40,105 nt of DNA, taken from NCBI GenBank assembly GCA_028694075.1, contig JAQUUD010000001.1, positions 1 to 40,105 on the forward strand, in the 5' to 3' direction. The notes beneath the pieces are model-generated. The model saw nothing but the letters and a program-made list of their open reading frames with translations, ran no database searches and was not told the DNA's origin. The stretch comes from Clostridia bacterium. GTDB taxonomy: Bacteria; Bacillota; Clostridia; Christensenellales; UBA1242. This document shows positions 25,959 to 35,432 of this stretch, piece after piece. The position numbers were made by a program, and so were the translations under genes. Every line of letters starts with the position of its first letter. Positions within the stretch are counted from its first letter, which is position 1.

Positions 25959-26216
25959 GGTCTAACGGGCAAATCAAACGGGTCAAACGGACCGAGCGAG
26001 CGGGCGAGCCAGAGTCTAACGGGCAATTCAAACGGGTCAAACGGACCGAGCGAGCGGGCGAGCCAGAGTCTAACGGGCAATTCAAACGGGTCTAACGGAC
26101 CGAGCGAGCGGGCGAGCCAGAGTCTAACGGGCAATTCAAACGGGTCTAACGGACCGAGCGAGCGGGCGAGCCAGAGTCTAACGGGCAATTCAAACGGGTC
26201 TAACGGACAAATCAAA
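25959..26216. repeat. GC-rich tandem-repeat array C (54-nt period, about 4.5 copies)
   Basis: The unit gtctaacgggcaattcaaacgggtc(t/a)aacggaccgagcgagcgggcgagccaga has ACCGAG phase markers at 25991, 26045, 26099 and 26153. It shares the GCGAGCGGGCG and CAAACGGG/TAACGGAC motifs with arrays A and B. Confidence 0.9.
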
Positions 26217-26242
26217 TGAATGAATTGTTATTTATTTTCACT

Positions 26243-28684
26243 TTATTTTATTTCGCTTTCAAAAATCAGTTTTTCATTTTGGCTATCTATAATCACAATT
26301 CCTGATTTTTTTAACTCGCCTATCAAGATTTTTTCTGCAATTGTATCTTCAATTTCTTGTTGAATAAATCTTTTTAGCGGTCTTGCACCAAACTCCGGAT
26401 TTTTACAACCATTTTTTACTACTAAATTAAGTGCTTCTTCGGTTATTTTAAGTTCCAAGTCTTGCTTTCTCAATCGGATATTGATATTATTAATTAATAT
26501 TTTTGCAATTTTGGTAAGTTCGTCAGGTCCAAGCGGTTTGAACACGCAAATCACATCAATGCGGTTAATAAATTCCGGTTTAAACTTTTTCTTTAACGCA
26601 TCAAAATAAATCTGTTTAGACTTTTCAAAATCATCATCGAAACTGTTTTCATTAAACCCAAGTTCTTTATTTTTAACTAATGTTGCACCGATATTACTTG
26701 TCATAATTATTATTGAGTTGCGAAAACTTACAACTCTGCCTTGGCTGTCGGTCAATCTTCCATCATCTAAGATTTGAAGCAGTGAATTGAAAATTTCGGG
26801 GTGTGCCTTTTCAATTTCATCAAACAAGACAACTGAATATGGCTTGCGTCTAATCTGTTCGGTTAGTTGACCGCCTTCTTCATATCCCACATATCCAGGC
26901 GGTGCACCGATAAGTTTTGCAACCGAATGCCCTTCGGTATATTCGCTCATATCTAACCGAATTATATTATTTTCATCATCAAACATTGCTTCAGCAATTG
27001 CTTTTGAAAGTTCAGTTTTTCCGACACCAGTTTGCCCCATAAACAAGAATGAACCGATTGGTTTTTTGATATCTTGCAAGCCAACTCGAGATCTTCTTAT
27101 TGCCCTTGCAACTGCGTCAACTGCTTCTTCCTGCCCAATAACTCGCTTATGAATGATTTCTTCCAAATGCATAAGTTTTTCTTTTTCGCTTTCGGTTATT
27201 TTCGTAACCGGAATGCCTGTCCATTTTGAAACAACTTCGGCAATTTCATTCGCACCGATTGAGCCTGTTGATTTTTTCGTTTTCTTATTAAATTCGGCAG
27301 TTAAAACATCAAGTTCGTTTTCAAGATTTATAATTTGAGATTGCAATTTTGCTGCTTTTTCATAATTTCTTTGAATGCTTGCCTCATCTCTATTAGCAGA
27401 AAGTTGCTTGATTTTTTCTTCCTTATCCCGTATTGCAACTGGCTTTAAGTTAAAATTTACTTTTGCCTTACTGCTTGCTTCATCAATCAAATCTATTGCT
27501 TTATCCGGCAAATACCTGTCCATAATATATCTGTCAGAAAGTTGCGCCGCCGCCTCTATTGCTTCGTTTGAAATTTTGATTTTATGAAATGCTTCATAAC
27601 TATCTTTTAAACCTTTTAATATTTCCATTGTCTCTTCTACTGTTGGTGGATTTACAAAAATTGGTTGAAATCTGCGTTCTAAAGCCTTGTCTTTTTCAAT
27701 AAACTTTCGATATTCATCAGTTGTTGTTGCTCCGATTGTTTGAAGTTCGCCTCTTGCGAGATACGGCTTCAACATATCAGCGGGGCTTGTTTCGCCCTTT
27801 TCAGAGCCTGCCTGAGCAAGCGTATGAATTTCATCAATGAAAACAATGATATTTTTTTGTGCAATTATTGTTTCAATTGCGTTTTTAAGGCGTTCTTCCA
27901 TACTTCCACGATATTTTGTGCCCGCCATAAGCCCGCCGATTTCAAGAGAAAAAATGATTTTGTCCGTAAGTATCTCTGGTACATTGCCACTTACGATTGC
28001 GAGTGCCAGTCCTTCAACAACCGCTGTTTTTCCAACACCCGCTTCACCAATTAAAACCGGATTGTTTTTTGTTTTACGGCAAAGAATTTCAATTATTCTT
28101 TCAATTTCTCCTTCTCTGCCAATGACGGGGTCGATTTTGCCTTCTTTGGCTTTTAAAGTTATATCAGTTCCCATTGAAAGCAATTTTTCCGGCAAACCGC
28201 TTTTTGAATTTAATGTAGGGTTTTCTTCGCCAATTTCCTTCCTTTCGCCTTGCAAAATAATTAATATTTTTGTTTTTAAATCATTTATATTGATGTGAAA
28301 ATAACTGATTAAAAGCCTGACTGCAAAACTGTTAACACTGTTTAAAAGAGCATAAAAAATGTGTTCTGTTCCAATAAAAGAATGTCCAAGTTGCATTGCA
28401 ATTTTCTGTGCAATTCTTATCATTTCTTTAACACGGGGAGTTAATTCAACCTGCTCGCCTATTACTTCAATAAAATCAGAGTTGTCGCCAAAAATCGCTT
28501 CCAGACTTTCGGTTGTGACATTATATTCGAATAAAATTTGACAAGACGCACAATCTTCAACACAAGTCAGACCATACAAAATATGTTCAGTTCCGACCTG
28601 CAAATTGCCAAACTTTACAGCCACATCACTTGCTTTTTTTAATACTTTTTCAACATTATCAGAAAAAGAATTAAGATTGCTCAT
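26243..28684 (-). CDS. clpC: ATP-dependent Clp protease ATP-binding subunit ClpC
   Basis: Clp_N repeats, two AAA+ modules (GEAGVGKT and GQTGVGKT) and a UVR-like linker. The start was trimmed to ATG 28684 (gaaaggagaacttATG). Confidence 0.93.
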   Translation of the reverse strand: MSNLNSFSDNVEKVLKKASDVAVKFGNLQVGTEHILYGLTCVEDCASCQILFEYNVTTESLEAIFGDNSDFIEVIGEQVELTPRVKEMIRIAQKIAMQLGHSFIGTEHIFYALLNSVNSFAVRLLISYFHININDLKTKILIILQGERKEIGEENPTLNSKSGLPEKLLSMGTDITLKAKEGKIDPVIGREGEIERIIEILCRKTKNNPVLIGEAGVGKTAVVEGLALAIVSGNVPEILTDKIIFSLEIGGLMAGTKYRGSMEERLKNAIETIIAQKNIIVFIDEIHTLAQAGSEKGETSPADMLKPYLARGELQTIGATTTDEYRKFIEKDKALERRFQPIFVNPPTVEETMEILKGLKDSYEAFHKIKISNEAIEAAAQLSDRYIMDRYLPDKAIDLIDEASSKAKVNFNLKPVAIRDKEEKIKQLSANRDEASIQRNYEKAAKLQSQIINLENELDVLTAEFNKKTKKSTGSIGANEIAEVVSKWTGIPVTKITESEKEKLMHLEEIIHKRVIGQEEAVDAVARAIRRSRVGLQDIKKPIGSFLFMGQTGVGKTELSKAIAEAMFDDENNIIRLDMSEYTEGHSVAKLIGAPPGYVGYEEGGQLTEQIRRKPYSVVLFDEIEKAHPEIFNSLLQILDDGRLTDSQGRVVSFRNSIIIMTSNIGATLVKNKELGFNENSFDDDFEKSKQIYFDALKKKFKPEFINRIDVICVFKPLGPDELTKIAKILINNINIRLRKQDLELKITEEALNLVVKNGCKNPEFGARPLKRFIQQEIEDTIAEKILIGELKKSGIVIIDSQNEKLIFESEIK

Positions 28685-28704
28685 AAGTTCTCCTTTCATT
28701 TAGT

Positions 28705-28733
28705 ATTTTAATAGTAATACAATTTTTTGTCAA
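28705..28733 (-). promoter_or_regulatory. Sigma-A promoter for clpC
   Basis: The minus strand reads TTGACA (28728..28733)-17 nt-TAAAAT (28705..28710). I saw no ctsR/mcsAB genes and no CtsR heptad operator upstream. Confidence 0.6.
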
Positions 28734-28843
28734 TCAAATTTAAGAATAATTTATAAATATTTAAATTTATTAACTTTAGATTATTATAAAGATAATGAAT
28801 TATATTATCTTAATAAAATTGTAAAATTTGCTTTTGGTTATTC

Positions 28844-30097
28844 TTAACTCAATATTCTTTTTTTAATTCTTTGACAGTGAGCAAAAATGTCTTTTGGTTT
28901 TTCATAAATATCAAATTTGCCTTTTTCATAAATTATTTTTCCGTTTATCATTGTTAAATATACGTCACTTGATTTCGCTGAATAAACTAAATTTGATATT
29001 AAATTATGATGCGGAGCGTGATGCGGTTTGTTGATATTTAAAATAATTAAGTCAGCCAAATAACCCGCTTTGATTTCCCCGAGATTTTCAAAGCCAAGTG
29101 CTTTTGCGCCATTTTTTGTTGCCATATTAACCACTTCTTCTGCTTTTAAAATTTCTGCATTATAAAGAAGCGCCTTATTCAGTGTTGCCGTTAAAAACAT
29201 TTCTTTGAACATATCATAACTGTTGTTGCTATATGCACCGTCAGTGCCAAGTGCAATATTTAAGCCTGCATTTTGCATTGCATAAATCGGAGCAATTCCG
29301 CTGGCAAGTTTTAAGTTGCTGGACGGGCAAGAAACAACATTTACATTATAATCTGCCAAAATTTTCAAATCATCTTTATCGGAATGCACACAGTGATAAA
29401 CTGTGCATTCTCTATCCAAAAATCCCAAATATTCTAAATATTCAACTGGCGATTTATTGTGTTTAACAGTGCAATCGCCAACCTCTTTCAATGTTTCAGA
29501 TAAGTGCGTGCTAACTGGCAAATTCTTTTGCCGTGAAAAACTAATCAAGTCGTCGAAATTGTTTTGGTGCGTTCCATAAATTGAGTGAGCAAAACAAACA
29601 GCTTTGAACCCATTTTTTGTAATATCACTAAATTGTTCATCTAAATTTTCAACTTTTTTCTGGTTTACATTCGGATATCCAAATGAAATTCTTGCTCTCA
29701 ATCCTGCGTTTTTATAAGCAGACATTATCGGCTTATAATGTGCATAATTTTCTTCTATGGCTGTGATACCCGCCTGGGCATATTCCATAACGCCGAGCAT
29801 TGTCGTCCAATATATGTCATCAGGAGTTAATTTTCTCTCAAGCGGAATAATTTTTTCAAGCCAGTTATGAAGTGGCAGGTCATCTGCAAAACCACGCAAA
29901 ATTGTTGAGGGAGTATGTGCGTGTGCGTTCACGAAACCACTCATTAAAAGATTTCCCTTAACATTAATTTTTCTGTCTGCATTAAATTCAGGCGGATTTT
30001 TGCCAACATAAAAAATCTTGTCATTATTAATTAAAACATCACCCTTTATAATTTCACCATTTTGCAAAATCTGTGCGTTATAAAACCAAATTTTCAT
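28844..30097 (-). CDS. mtaD: Amidohydrolase, probably 5'-methylthioadenosine/S-adenosylhomocysteine deaminase
   Basis: Metal-binding VNAHAHTP motif and the chlorohydrolase/MtaD-like layout (HLSET, GTDG). Confidence 0.78.
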   Translation of the reverse strand: MKIWFYNAQILQNGEIIKGDVLINNDKIFYVGKNPPEFNADRKINVKGNLLMSGFVNAHAHTPSTILRGFADDLPLHNWLEKIIPLERKLTPDDIYWTTMLGVMEYAQAGITAIEENYAHYKPIMSAYKNAGLRARISFGYPNVNQKKVENLDEQFSDITKNGFKAVCFAHSIYGTHQNNFDDLISFSRQKNLPVSTHLSETLKEVGDCTVKHNKSPVEYLEYLGFLDRECTVYHCVHSDKDDLKILADYNVNVVSCPSSNLKLASGIAPIYAMQNAGLNIALGTDGAYSNNSYDMFKEMFLTATLNKALLYNAEILKAEEVVNMATKNGAKALGFENLGEIKAGYLADLIILNINKPHHAPHHNLISNLVYSAKSSDVYLTMINGKIIYEKGKFDIYEKPKDIFAHCQRIKKRILS

Positions 30098-30277
30098 AAT
30101 TATTACCTTTTTAATATTAATTTATTTATATTTAGTAATTTTTCTTTTATTTTATTAATTAATTTAATATTTTTATTAATTTTTTTTAATTTATCTGTAT
30201 TTTTTTATTAATTTTCTATATTTATTTTTATATTTTTGATTTTTTGTGTATTTATTTTTTAATAATTTTAAGTTTTA

Positions 30278-30631
30278 TCAATAAATAATTACCACAGCCG
30301 TTGCAACGCTTTTTATGTGGGAAATGCTTATTTCAATGTTACTCTCACTCAGTTTTGCTAAAATTTTTTCTGCGTTGCCTGTTAAATTGACAAATGCCTT
30401 GCCTGTTTTCAAATGCAGAACTTCAATGTTCAGCGGATTAATTTCATAAATGCCAACGCTCAATGCTTTCATAATTGCTTCTTTAGTGCAAAAAATTCCA
30501 GCAAACCGCTCAGCATAACTTTTATATTTTTTTGAATATAAAATTTCTTTTTCTGTAAAGATTTTTTGATAAAAAGTTTTGTTTTTATTCGCAAATCTTT
30601 CCACTTCAACAATGTCCGTTCCGACTCTCAT
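30278..30631 (-). CDS. acpS: Holo-[acyl-carrier-protein] synthase
   Basis: MRVGTDIVEVERF...FTEKE...FAGIFCTKEAIMKAL...ISISH matches the AcpS signature. Confidence 0.92.
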   Translation of the reverse strand: MRVGTDIVEVERFANKNKTFYQKIFTEKEILYSKKYKSYAERFAGIFCTKEAIMKALSVGIYEINPLNIEVLHLKTGKAFVNLTGNAEKILAKLSESNIEISISHIKSVATAVVIIY

Positions 30632-30764
30632 TTACTCTCCATCTAAGAAACAACTTTTTTGAAAAAATAATTTTTCCCGTTTTTATTTCATTTTAAATTT
30701 TTTGTTTTTTTGTTTATCATTTTTAAATTTGTGATAGTGCTCGTTTCCATTAATTTTTACAATT

Positions 30765-31370
30765 TTATTTTTTAAGCACTTCATTTATAGCAAAATTAAT
30801 TTCATCATAATCAAAGCCTTTGCTAGCAAGATGACGAAACAACTTTTCTTTAAGTTTCAAATCATTATCTTTATTTTTGATAAACTTTCTTGCAAGGTTC
30901 AAAACATCATCTTGTTGATTTTCAATCATTTCTGATAAGGTTTTTTTTATGATTTCATCACTTACGCCTTTTAATTTCAATTCATATTCAATTGCTTTTT
31001 TGCCCTTTGTTTTTTTCTTTGCATTTATAAAATTTTTTGCATAAAATTCATCATTTAAATAATTGAATTCTTTTAGTTTTTGCAAGCAATAATTAATAGT
31101 GTCTTCTGAATAGGTTTTGATTTTTAAATAATCCGCAAGTTCTTTTTCAGTTTTTGAAAACAAACTTAATAGTTTTAGTGCGCCGTTTAATGCTAGTTTT
31201 TTCTCCCCTTCCATCAAAACGGCATTTAAAAATTCCTGTTCATATTCCTCTTGCTTATTTAATTTATAGGTGATGATTGTTTCATCATAAAGAATTGCCC
31301 AAAATTCATCATCAATAAAAACTTTATATTTTGACGATTTTCCTATTTTTTTAAAGTCAGTTATTCGCAT
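30765..31370 (-). CDS. recX: Regulatory protein RecX
   Basis: 201 aa with three-helix repeat modules. The N-terminus has KYKVFIDDEFWAILYDETIITYKL, which is typical of Firmicute RecX. Confidence 0.8.
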   Translation of the reverse strand: MRITDFKKIGKSSKYKVFIDDEFWAILYDETIITYKLNKQEEYEQEFLNAVLMEGEKKLALNGALKLLSLFSKTEKELADYLKIKTYSEDTINYCLQKLKEFNYLNDEFYAKNFINAKKKTKGKKAIEYELKLKGVSDEIIKKTLSEMIENQQDDVLNLARKFIKNKDNDLKLKEKLFRHLASKGFDYDEINFAINEVLKK

Positions 31371-31512
31371 TTTTTACCTTTGAGAAACTATATTTAAATA
31401 TATTTATAAATTTATTACTTAACAATTTGCTAATATTTAATTAGTCTTTTTAGAATTTTTTATATTTTTACTTTTTTTGTAATTTTTTAATTATTTAAAG
31501 TTTTTTGCAATT

Positions 31513-31881
31513 TTAAGTATTTGCATCTTTGAAATTAAGCAGTGCTCCGCTTGTGCATTTGGAATACATTCGAGTTAAGTTTCCAGCACCTAATTTCACG
31601 CCCCCGAAATATCTTACAACAAAAGCCACGATGTTCGATTTATTTTGTTTGTGCAAAACATTTAAAATTGGCTTTCCTGCTGTTCCGCTAGGTTCTTTGT
31701 CATCAAAGCACTTTTCAAGATTTGGCGAACTTAATATGTAAGCATAACATATATGCGTTGCTTTTTTATGTTCAATTTTCAACTGCTCCAAATAATTTTT
31801 TATTTGGCTGACACTTTCAACCTTAAACACAAATCCTAAAAACCTTGATTTTTTATTCTCAATTTCACAATTTATTTGCAT
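31513..31881 (-). CDS. IMPACT/YigZ family N-terminal-domain protein (UPF0029), single-domain form
   Basis: KKSRFLGFVF...KKATHICYAY...DDKEPSGTAGKPILNVL...VVRYFGGVKLGAGNLTRMY. The usual C-terminal DUF1949 domain is absent. Confidence 0.82.
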   Translation of the reverse strand: MQINCEIENKKSRFLGFVFKVESVSQIKNYLEQLKIEHKKATHICYAYILSSPNLEKCFDDKEPSGTAGKPILNVLHKQNKSNIVAFVVRYFGGVKLGAGNLTRMYSKCTSGALLNFKDANT

Positions 31882-32066
31882 TAAATTCCATTTCTTTTAA
31901 TTTTTTAATTAATTTTTATTATTTTTCATTTTTCTAATTGATTTTTTGTATTTTTTTCGAGTTTATTTTTTATTTTTTTATAATTTATTTTAAATTTTTC
32001 CCCTTTTAAATAATTGCTATATCTTATTCTAACTTATAACAGTTATAAAAATCAAGCGAAAATCAT

Positions 32067-32095
32067 TTGATTTATATTTTAATTTTTGGTAGAAT
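32067..32095 (+). promoter_or_regulatory. Sigma-A promoter (extended -10) for the NifU-like/GGGtGRT pair
   Basis: TTGATT-17 nt-TAGAAT, preceded by TGG. Confidence 0.55.
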
Positions 32096-32129
32096 GAATA
32101 TATGCAAATTGTTTATAGGAGTTTAATTA

Positions 32130-32798
32130 ATGAAATGTAAAAATTGCCGAACTTTCGGAGCGTCACCAATCCCCGAAGAAGGAACTTATATTCAGGCAAA
32201 GCAAGTTAAAGACATAAGCGGGTTTTCGCACGGTTGCGGGGCATGTGCCCCTTATCAAGGGACATGCAAATTAACGCTTAATGTTAAAAACGGAATTATA
32301 AAAGAAGCCTTAATTGAAACAATCGGTTGCAGTGCAATGACGCATTCGGCGGCTATGGCAAGTGAAACAATAATCGGTAAAACATTACTTGAAGCAATGA
32401 ATACTGATTTGGTTTGCGATGCGATTAATGTTGCGATGCGGGAAATTTTTTTACAACTTGTTTATGGAAGAAGCCAAAGTGCATTTTCAGATGGTGGGCT
32501 GGAAATTGGAAGCGCACTTGAAGATTTAGGCAAGCATAGATCTAGCAGTGTCGCAACCGTTTATGGAAGCGAAAACGGACCCAGATATTTAAACTTAACA
32601 GAAGGATATATAACCAAGCAAGCGCTTGATGAAAACGGCGAAATAATTGGTTATGAATATGTTGATGTTAATGCTTTGATTGAATATTTAAACAGTGGTG
32701 AAAATATAAACAAAAATGAAAATGCTTTGAAAAAATTTTCCAAAGTTTATGGAAGATTTAATGAAGGCAAGTCATTTATAAACCCTAGAGTTGAATAA
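32130..32798 (+). CDS. NifU/IscU-like scaffold-domain protein (partner of the GGGtGRT protein)
   Basis: HGCGACAPYQGTCKLTLNVKNGIIKEALIETIGCSAMTHSAAMASETIIGKTLLEA parallels the IscU Cys layout. The RBS is aggagtttaattaATG. Confidence 0.75.
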   Translation: MKCKNCRTFGASPIPEEGTYIQAKQVKDISGFSHGCGACAPYQGTCKLTLNVKNGIIKEALIETIGCSAMTHSAAMASETIIGKTLLEAMNTDLVCDAINVAMREIFLQLVYGRSQSAFSDGGLEIGSALEDLGKHRSSSVATVYGSENGPRYLNLTEGYITKQALDENGEIIGYEYVDVNALIEYLNSGENINKNENALKKFSKVYGRFNEGKSFINPRVE

Positions 32799-32858
32799 TT
32801 GGGAAACTAGATTTATTAGATATTAAAAAAAGAATAAAAGAAAATAAAAGGAAATAAT

Positions 32859-33845
32859 ATGAAAGGCGATATTGAAAAAATCAATTTGGCACTTAAAAAG
32901 TTAAAATTTAAAAGTTTGGAAGAAGTTAAGCAATTTTGTTTAAAGAATAAAATTGATGTTGAAAAAATTGTAAAAAGCATTCAGCCCATTGTTTTTGATA
33001 ATGCGGTTATGGCGTTTGAACTTGGGGTTGCAATGGCACTAAAAAACAATGATGCTAATCCAATGATTTGCGCTGAAAAGATTGGTGAAGCCCTGCAAAC
33101 ATTTTGCAAAACTGGCTCAGTTGCGGAACAGCGAAAAGTTGGACTCGGGCACGGCAATTTGGCTTCGCGCCTATTGAGTGAAGACACAAAATGCTTTTGT
33201 TTTCTTGCGGGGCACGAAAGTTTTGCTGCGTCTGAGGGTGCAATCGGGATTGTCAAATTCGCAAATAAAGTTAGAAAGTCGCCACTTAGAGTTGTGCTTA
33301 ACGGGTTAGGCAAAGATGCAGCATATATTATTGCCAGAATGAACGGTTTTACATTTATGGAAACAACATTTGACCAGAAAACTCAGAAACTGAACTTAAT
33401 AAAAGAAGTTGAATTCAGCAGTGGCGAAAAATCGGCGATTCGCGTTTACGGCTCTTATGATGTCAACGAAGGTGTTGCAGTTATGTTTAACGAAGATGTT
33501 GATATTTCAATAACAGGAAATTCAACGAACATCGTGCGGTTTACTCACCCCGTTGCAGGAGAATATAAAAAATTATGCAATTTAAACGGCAAAAATTATT
33601 TTTCCGTGGCGTCAGGCGGAGGAACGGGGCGAACAATGCACCCCGATAATGTGCTTGCTGGACCAGCAAGTTACGGTTTGACTGACACAATGGGCAGAAT
33701 GCATTGTGATGTGCAATTTGCCGGCAGTTCATCAGTTCCCGCTCACGTTGCAATGATGGGCTTTATTGGAATGGGCAATAACACGATTGTTGGGGCAACT
33801 GTTGCCCTCGCTGTTAAAGCAAGCCAACATATTGCCAAAAAATAA
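32859..33845 (+). CDS. GGGtGRT family protein (function unknown)
   Basis: It contains the eponymous motif SGGGTGRTMHPDN. The RBS is aaaaggaaataatATG. Confidence 0.8.
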   Translation: MKGDIEKINLALKKLKFKSLEEVKQFCLKNKIDVEKIVKSIQPIVFDNAVMAFELGVAMALKNNDANPMICAEKIGEALQTFCKTGSVAEQRKVGLGHGNLASRLLSEDTKCFCFLAGHESFAASEGAIGIVKFANKVRKSPLRVVLNGLGKDAAYIIARMNGFTFMETTFDQKTQKLNLIKEVEFSSGEKSAIRVYGSYDVNEGVAVMFNEDVDISITGNSTNIVRFTHPVAGEYKKLCNLNGKNYFSVASGGGTGRTMHPDNVLAGPASYGLTDTMGRMHCDVQFAGSSSVPAHVAMMGFIGMGNNTIVGATVALAVKASQHIAKK

Positions 33846-33863
33846 ATTTTCCAAACTTCAATC

Positions 33864-33891
33864 TTGACAAAAAGTTTAATGATGTTATAAT
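33864..33891 (+). promoter_or_regulatory. Strong sigma-A promoter (extended -10) ending 6 nt before ATG 33898
   Basis: TTGACA (33864..33869)-16 nt-TATAAT (33886..33891), preceded by TGT. There is no SD between the -10 and the ATG. Confidence 0.65.
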
Positions 33892-33897
33892 AATAAT

Positions 33898-34587
33898 ATG
33901 GAAAATATGGCGAAATTTGATCTACCAAAACAATATGTAAAACCAGAACATTTAGTTCCCGAAAATGAAAATTTGTGTAATTTCTTAATTCTCAAAGAAA
34001 TAAATGCGAATAATAAATTTAAAAAAATTATGTTTGACATTTTTAAAGGTGAAAAAATCTCGGATTCTGATGTGTATCTGAATTCTTTTCCTCCTTCCTT
34101 TCTTCGACCTAAATATGTCATTATTGACCCTTATGAATCTTATGAATCTCTTTTTGGTGACATTGATCCTCTAAGAAAAATTAATAAAAAATTTTGTGTT
34201 GTGGGCAGTTACAAAAATATTAAATTTGCAATAACAACTACGAACTATTTTGAAATCGAATTTTCTTTTCCGCTTGATAGTGTAAATTTGCAAAGCGAAT
34301 TAGTTTCAATGCTAACTGGGCTATGGTCTGAAAAGCCAGTTGGATATTATGATGCTGAATGCAAAACAAATCCGAGAAAAAATCTTCGCTCAATTTTGTG
34401 GGACCTTACTTCTGAACCAGATGACACAAGAATTAAAATTGCCAAAAACTTAATTGATATTAGGCAAAATGTGTTTACTGATGATTATGAAGAATATAAA
34501 ATCATTAAAACTGGATTATGCGATGGTTATAAAAAATCGGCATATGTCCAAAGTCAAACTGTTCTAGACTTAGGTTTAGAGCGATAA
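33898..34587 (+). CDS. Hypothetical protein, paralogue A of an unrecognised family
   Basis: 229 aa. It shares KFAI..., KPVGYYDAECKTNPRKNLRSILWD and YKIIKTGLCDGYKK with the next gene. The start could alternatively be ATG 33907. Confidence 0.7.
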   Translation: MENMAKFDLPKQYVKPEHLVPENENLCNFLILKEINANNKFKKIMFDIFKGEKISDSDVYLNSFPPSFLRPKYVIIDPYESYESLFGDIDPLRKINKKFCVVGSYKNIKFAITTTNYFEIEFSFPLDSVNLQSELVSMLTGLWSEKPVGYYDAECKTNPRKNLRSILWDLTSEPDDTRIKIAKNLIDIRQNVFTDDYEEYKIIKTGLCDGYKKSAYVQSQTVLDLGLER

Positions 34588-34606
34588 CTTTAAGTTATTT
34601 TAGATA

Positions 34607-34635
34607 TTGACATAATTATTTTTTGTGTTTATAAT
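34607..34635 (+). promoter_or_regulatory. Sigma-A promoter for paralogue B
   Basis: TTGACA (34607..34612)-17 nt-TATAAT (34630..34635). Confidence 0.6.
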
Positions 34636-34654
34636 AAACACTAAGGAGAAACTT

Positions 34655-35221
34655 ATGATTAAACAAATTGATCTTAAAAGAATTCAATCAGAAGTTGCAT
34701 TCAGAATAGCATTAGAAGAAGTTTTCAAATATGGTTATGTAAAAACCTCGAACTTGGTTTCAAGCGAAAAGAAAAAGTATATGGGAGGCGGTCTTTGCTT
34801 TGAAATTCGTGGCAATTATAAAAGTGAAAAATTTGCAATCAAAATTGACAACTTTTACAATGCACAATTTTTATTTTCAAATCGTACTAAACCTTTGCAA
34901 AAAGAATTAATTCCAATTCTAAGCAGATTTATGAAAACAAAACCCGTTGGATATTATGATGTTGAGTGCAAAAATAATCCAATAAGGAATTATCGCTCAG
35001 TTTTATGGGATAATGAATATCCAGATGAAACTTGTGATAAAATTGTTAATCAGAGAGTTGCTTTTGGGTCTGCTGATGCGGATATTGTTAATGAAAAAAT
35101 CGTTTCAGATGACAATGAAGAAGAATTTAGAATTACAAAAACCGGATTATGCGGAGGCTATAAAAAAACACCTTTCCAAATTTGCGGACAAACCAATTTA
35201 GTGCAAGAACTTGCAAGATGA
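34655..35221 (+). CDS. Hypothetical protein, paralogue B of the same unrecognised family
   Basis: The start was trimmed to ATG 34655 (ctaaggagaaacttATG). It contains KPVGYYDVECKNNPIRNYRSVLWD and FRITKTGLCGGYKK. Confidence 0.75.
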   Translation: MIKQIDLKRIQSEVAFRIALEEVFKYGYVKTSNLVSSEKKKYMGGGLCFEIRGNYKSEKFAIKIDNFYNAQFLFSNRTKPLQKELIPILSRFMKTKPVGYYDVECKNNPIRNYRSVLWDNEYPDETCDKIVNQRVAFGSADADIVNEKIVSDDNEEEFRITKTGLCGGYKKTPFQICGQTNLVQELAR

Positions 35222-35432
35222 TTTAATTATTTTATAAATTAAGGGAACACAAAATTAAATCTTAATAATTAATTAAGTGATTTGATTGTTTAATTAATTA
35301 TAAGTTAATTCATTATCAGTCCGAAATTATACTAGTTTTTTTAAATAAGAATTTATTTTATTTTTTAAGTAATCATCAAAAATTTTTTAAATAATATAAT
35401 TAAACAACACTAGTTCAAACAAATAAATTTAA

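Noticed and set aside
25955-26215. 86-aa (-) ORF with an 18-aa periodic sequence in array C
   Set aside because: It arises from the 54-nt (3 x 18) repeat period in A-poor sequence. It has no RBS and atypical composition. It is kept only as something to exclude by proteomics.
25959-26216. GTCAAAC/GTCTAAC motifs near clpC as CtsR operators
   Set aside because: The CtsR operator is a heptad direct repeat (A/GGTCAAA) with a 3-nt spacer located upstream of clpC. Here the spacing differs and the motifs lie downstream of clpC. The same motifs also occur in arrays far from any clp gene.
28685-28699. Upstream ATG (MKGEL) as the clpC start
   Set aside because: That ATG overlaps the Shine-Dalgarno sequence (gaaaggaga), which is correctly spaced for the ATG at 28684.
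30098-30277. Very T-rich low-complexity spacers (also 31882..32030) as possible repeats or regulatory RNAs
   Set aside because: They contain only short irregular T/A tracts with no defined period or stem. This is consistent with ordinary AT-rich promoter or spacer DNA in this genome.
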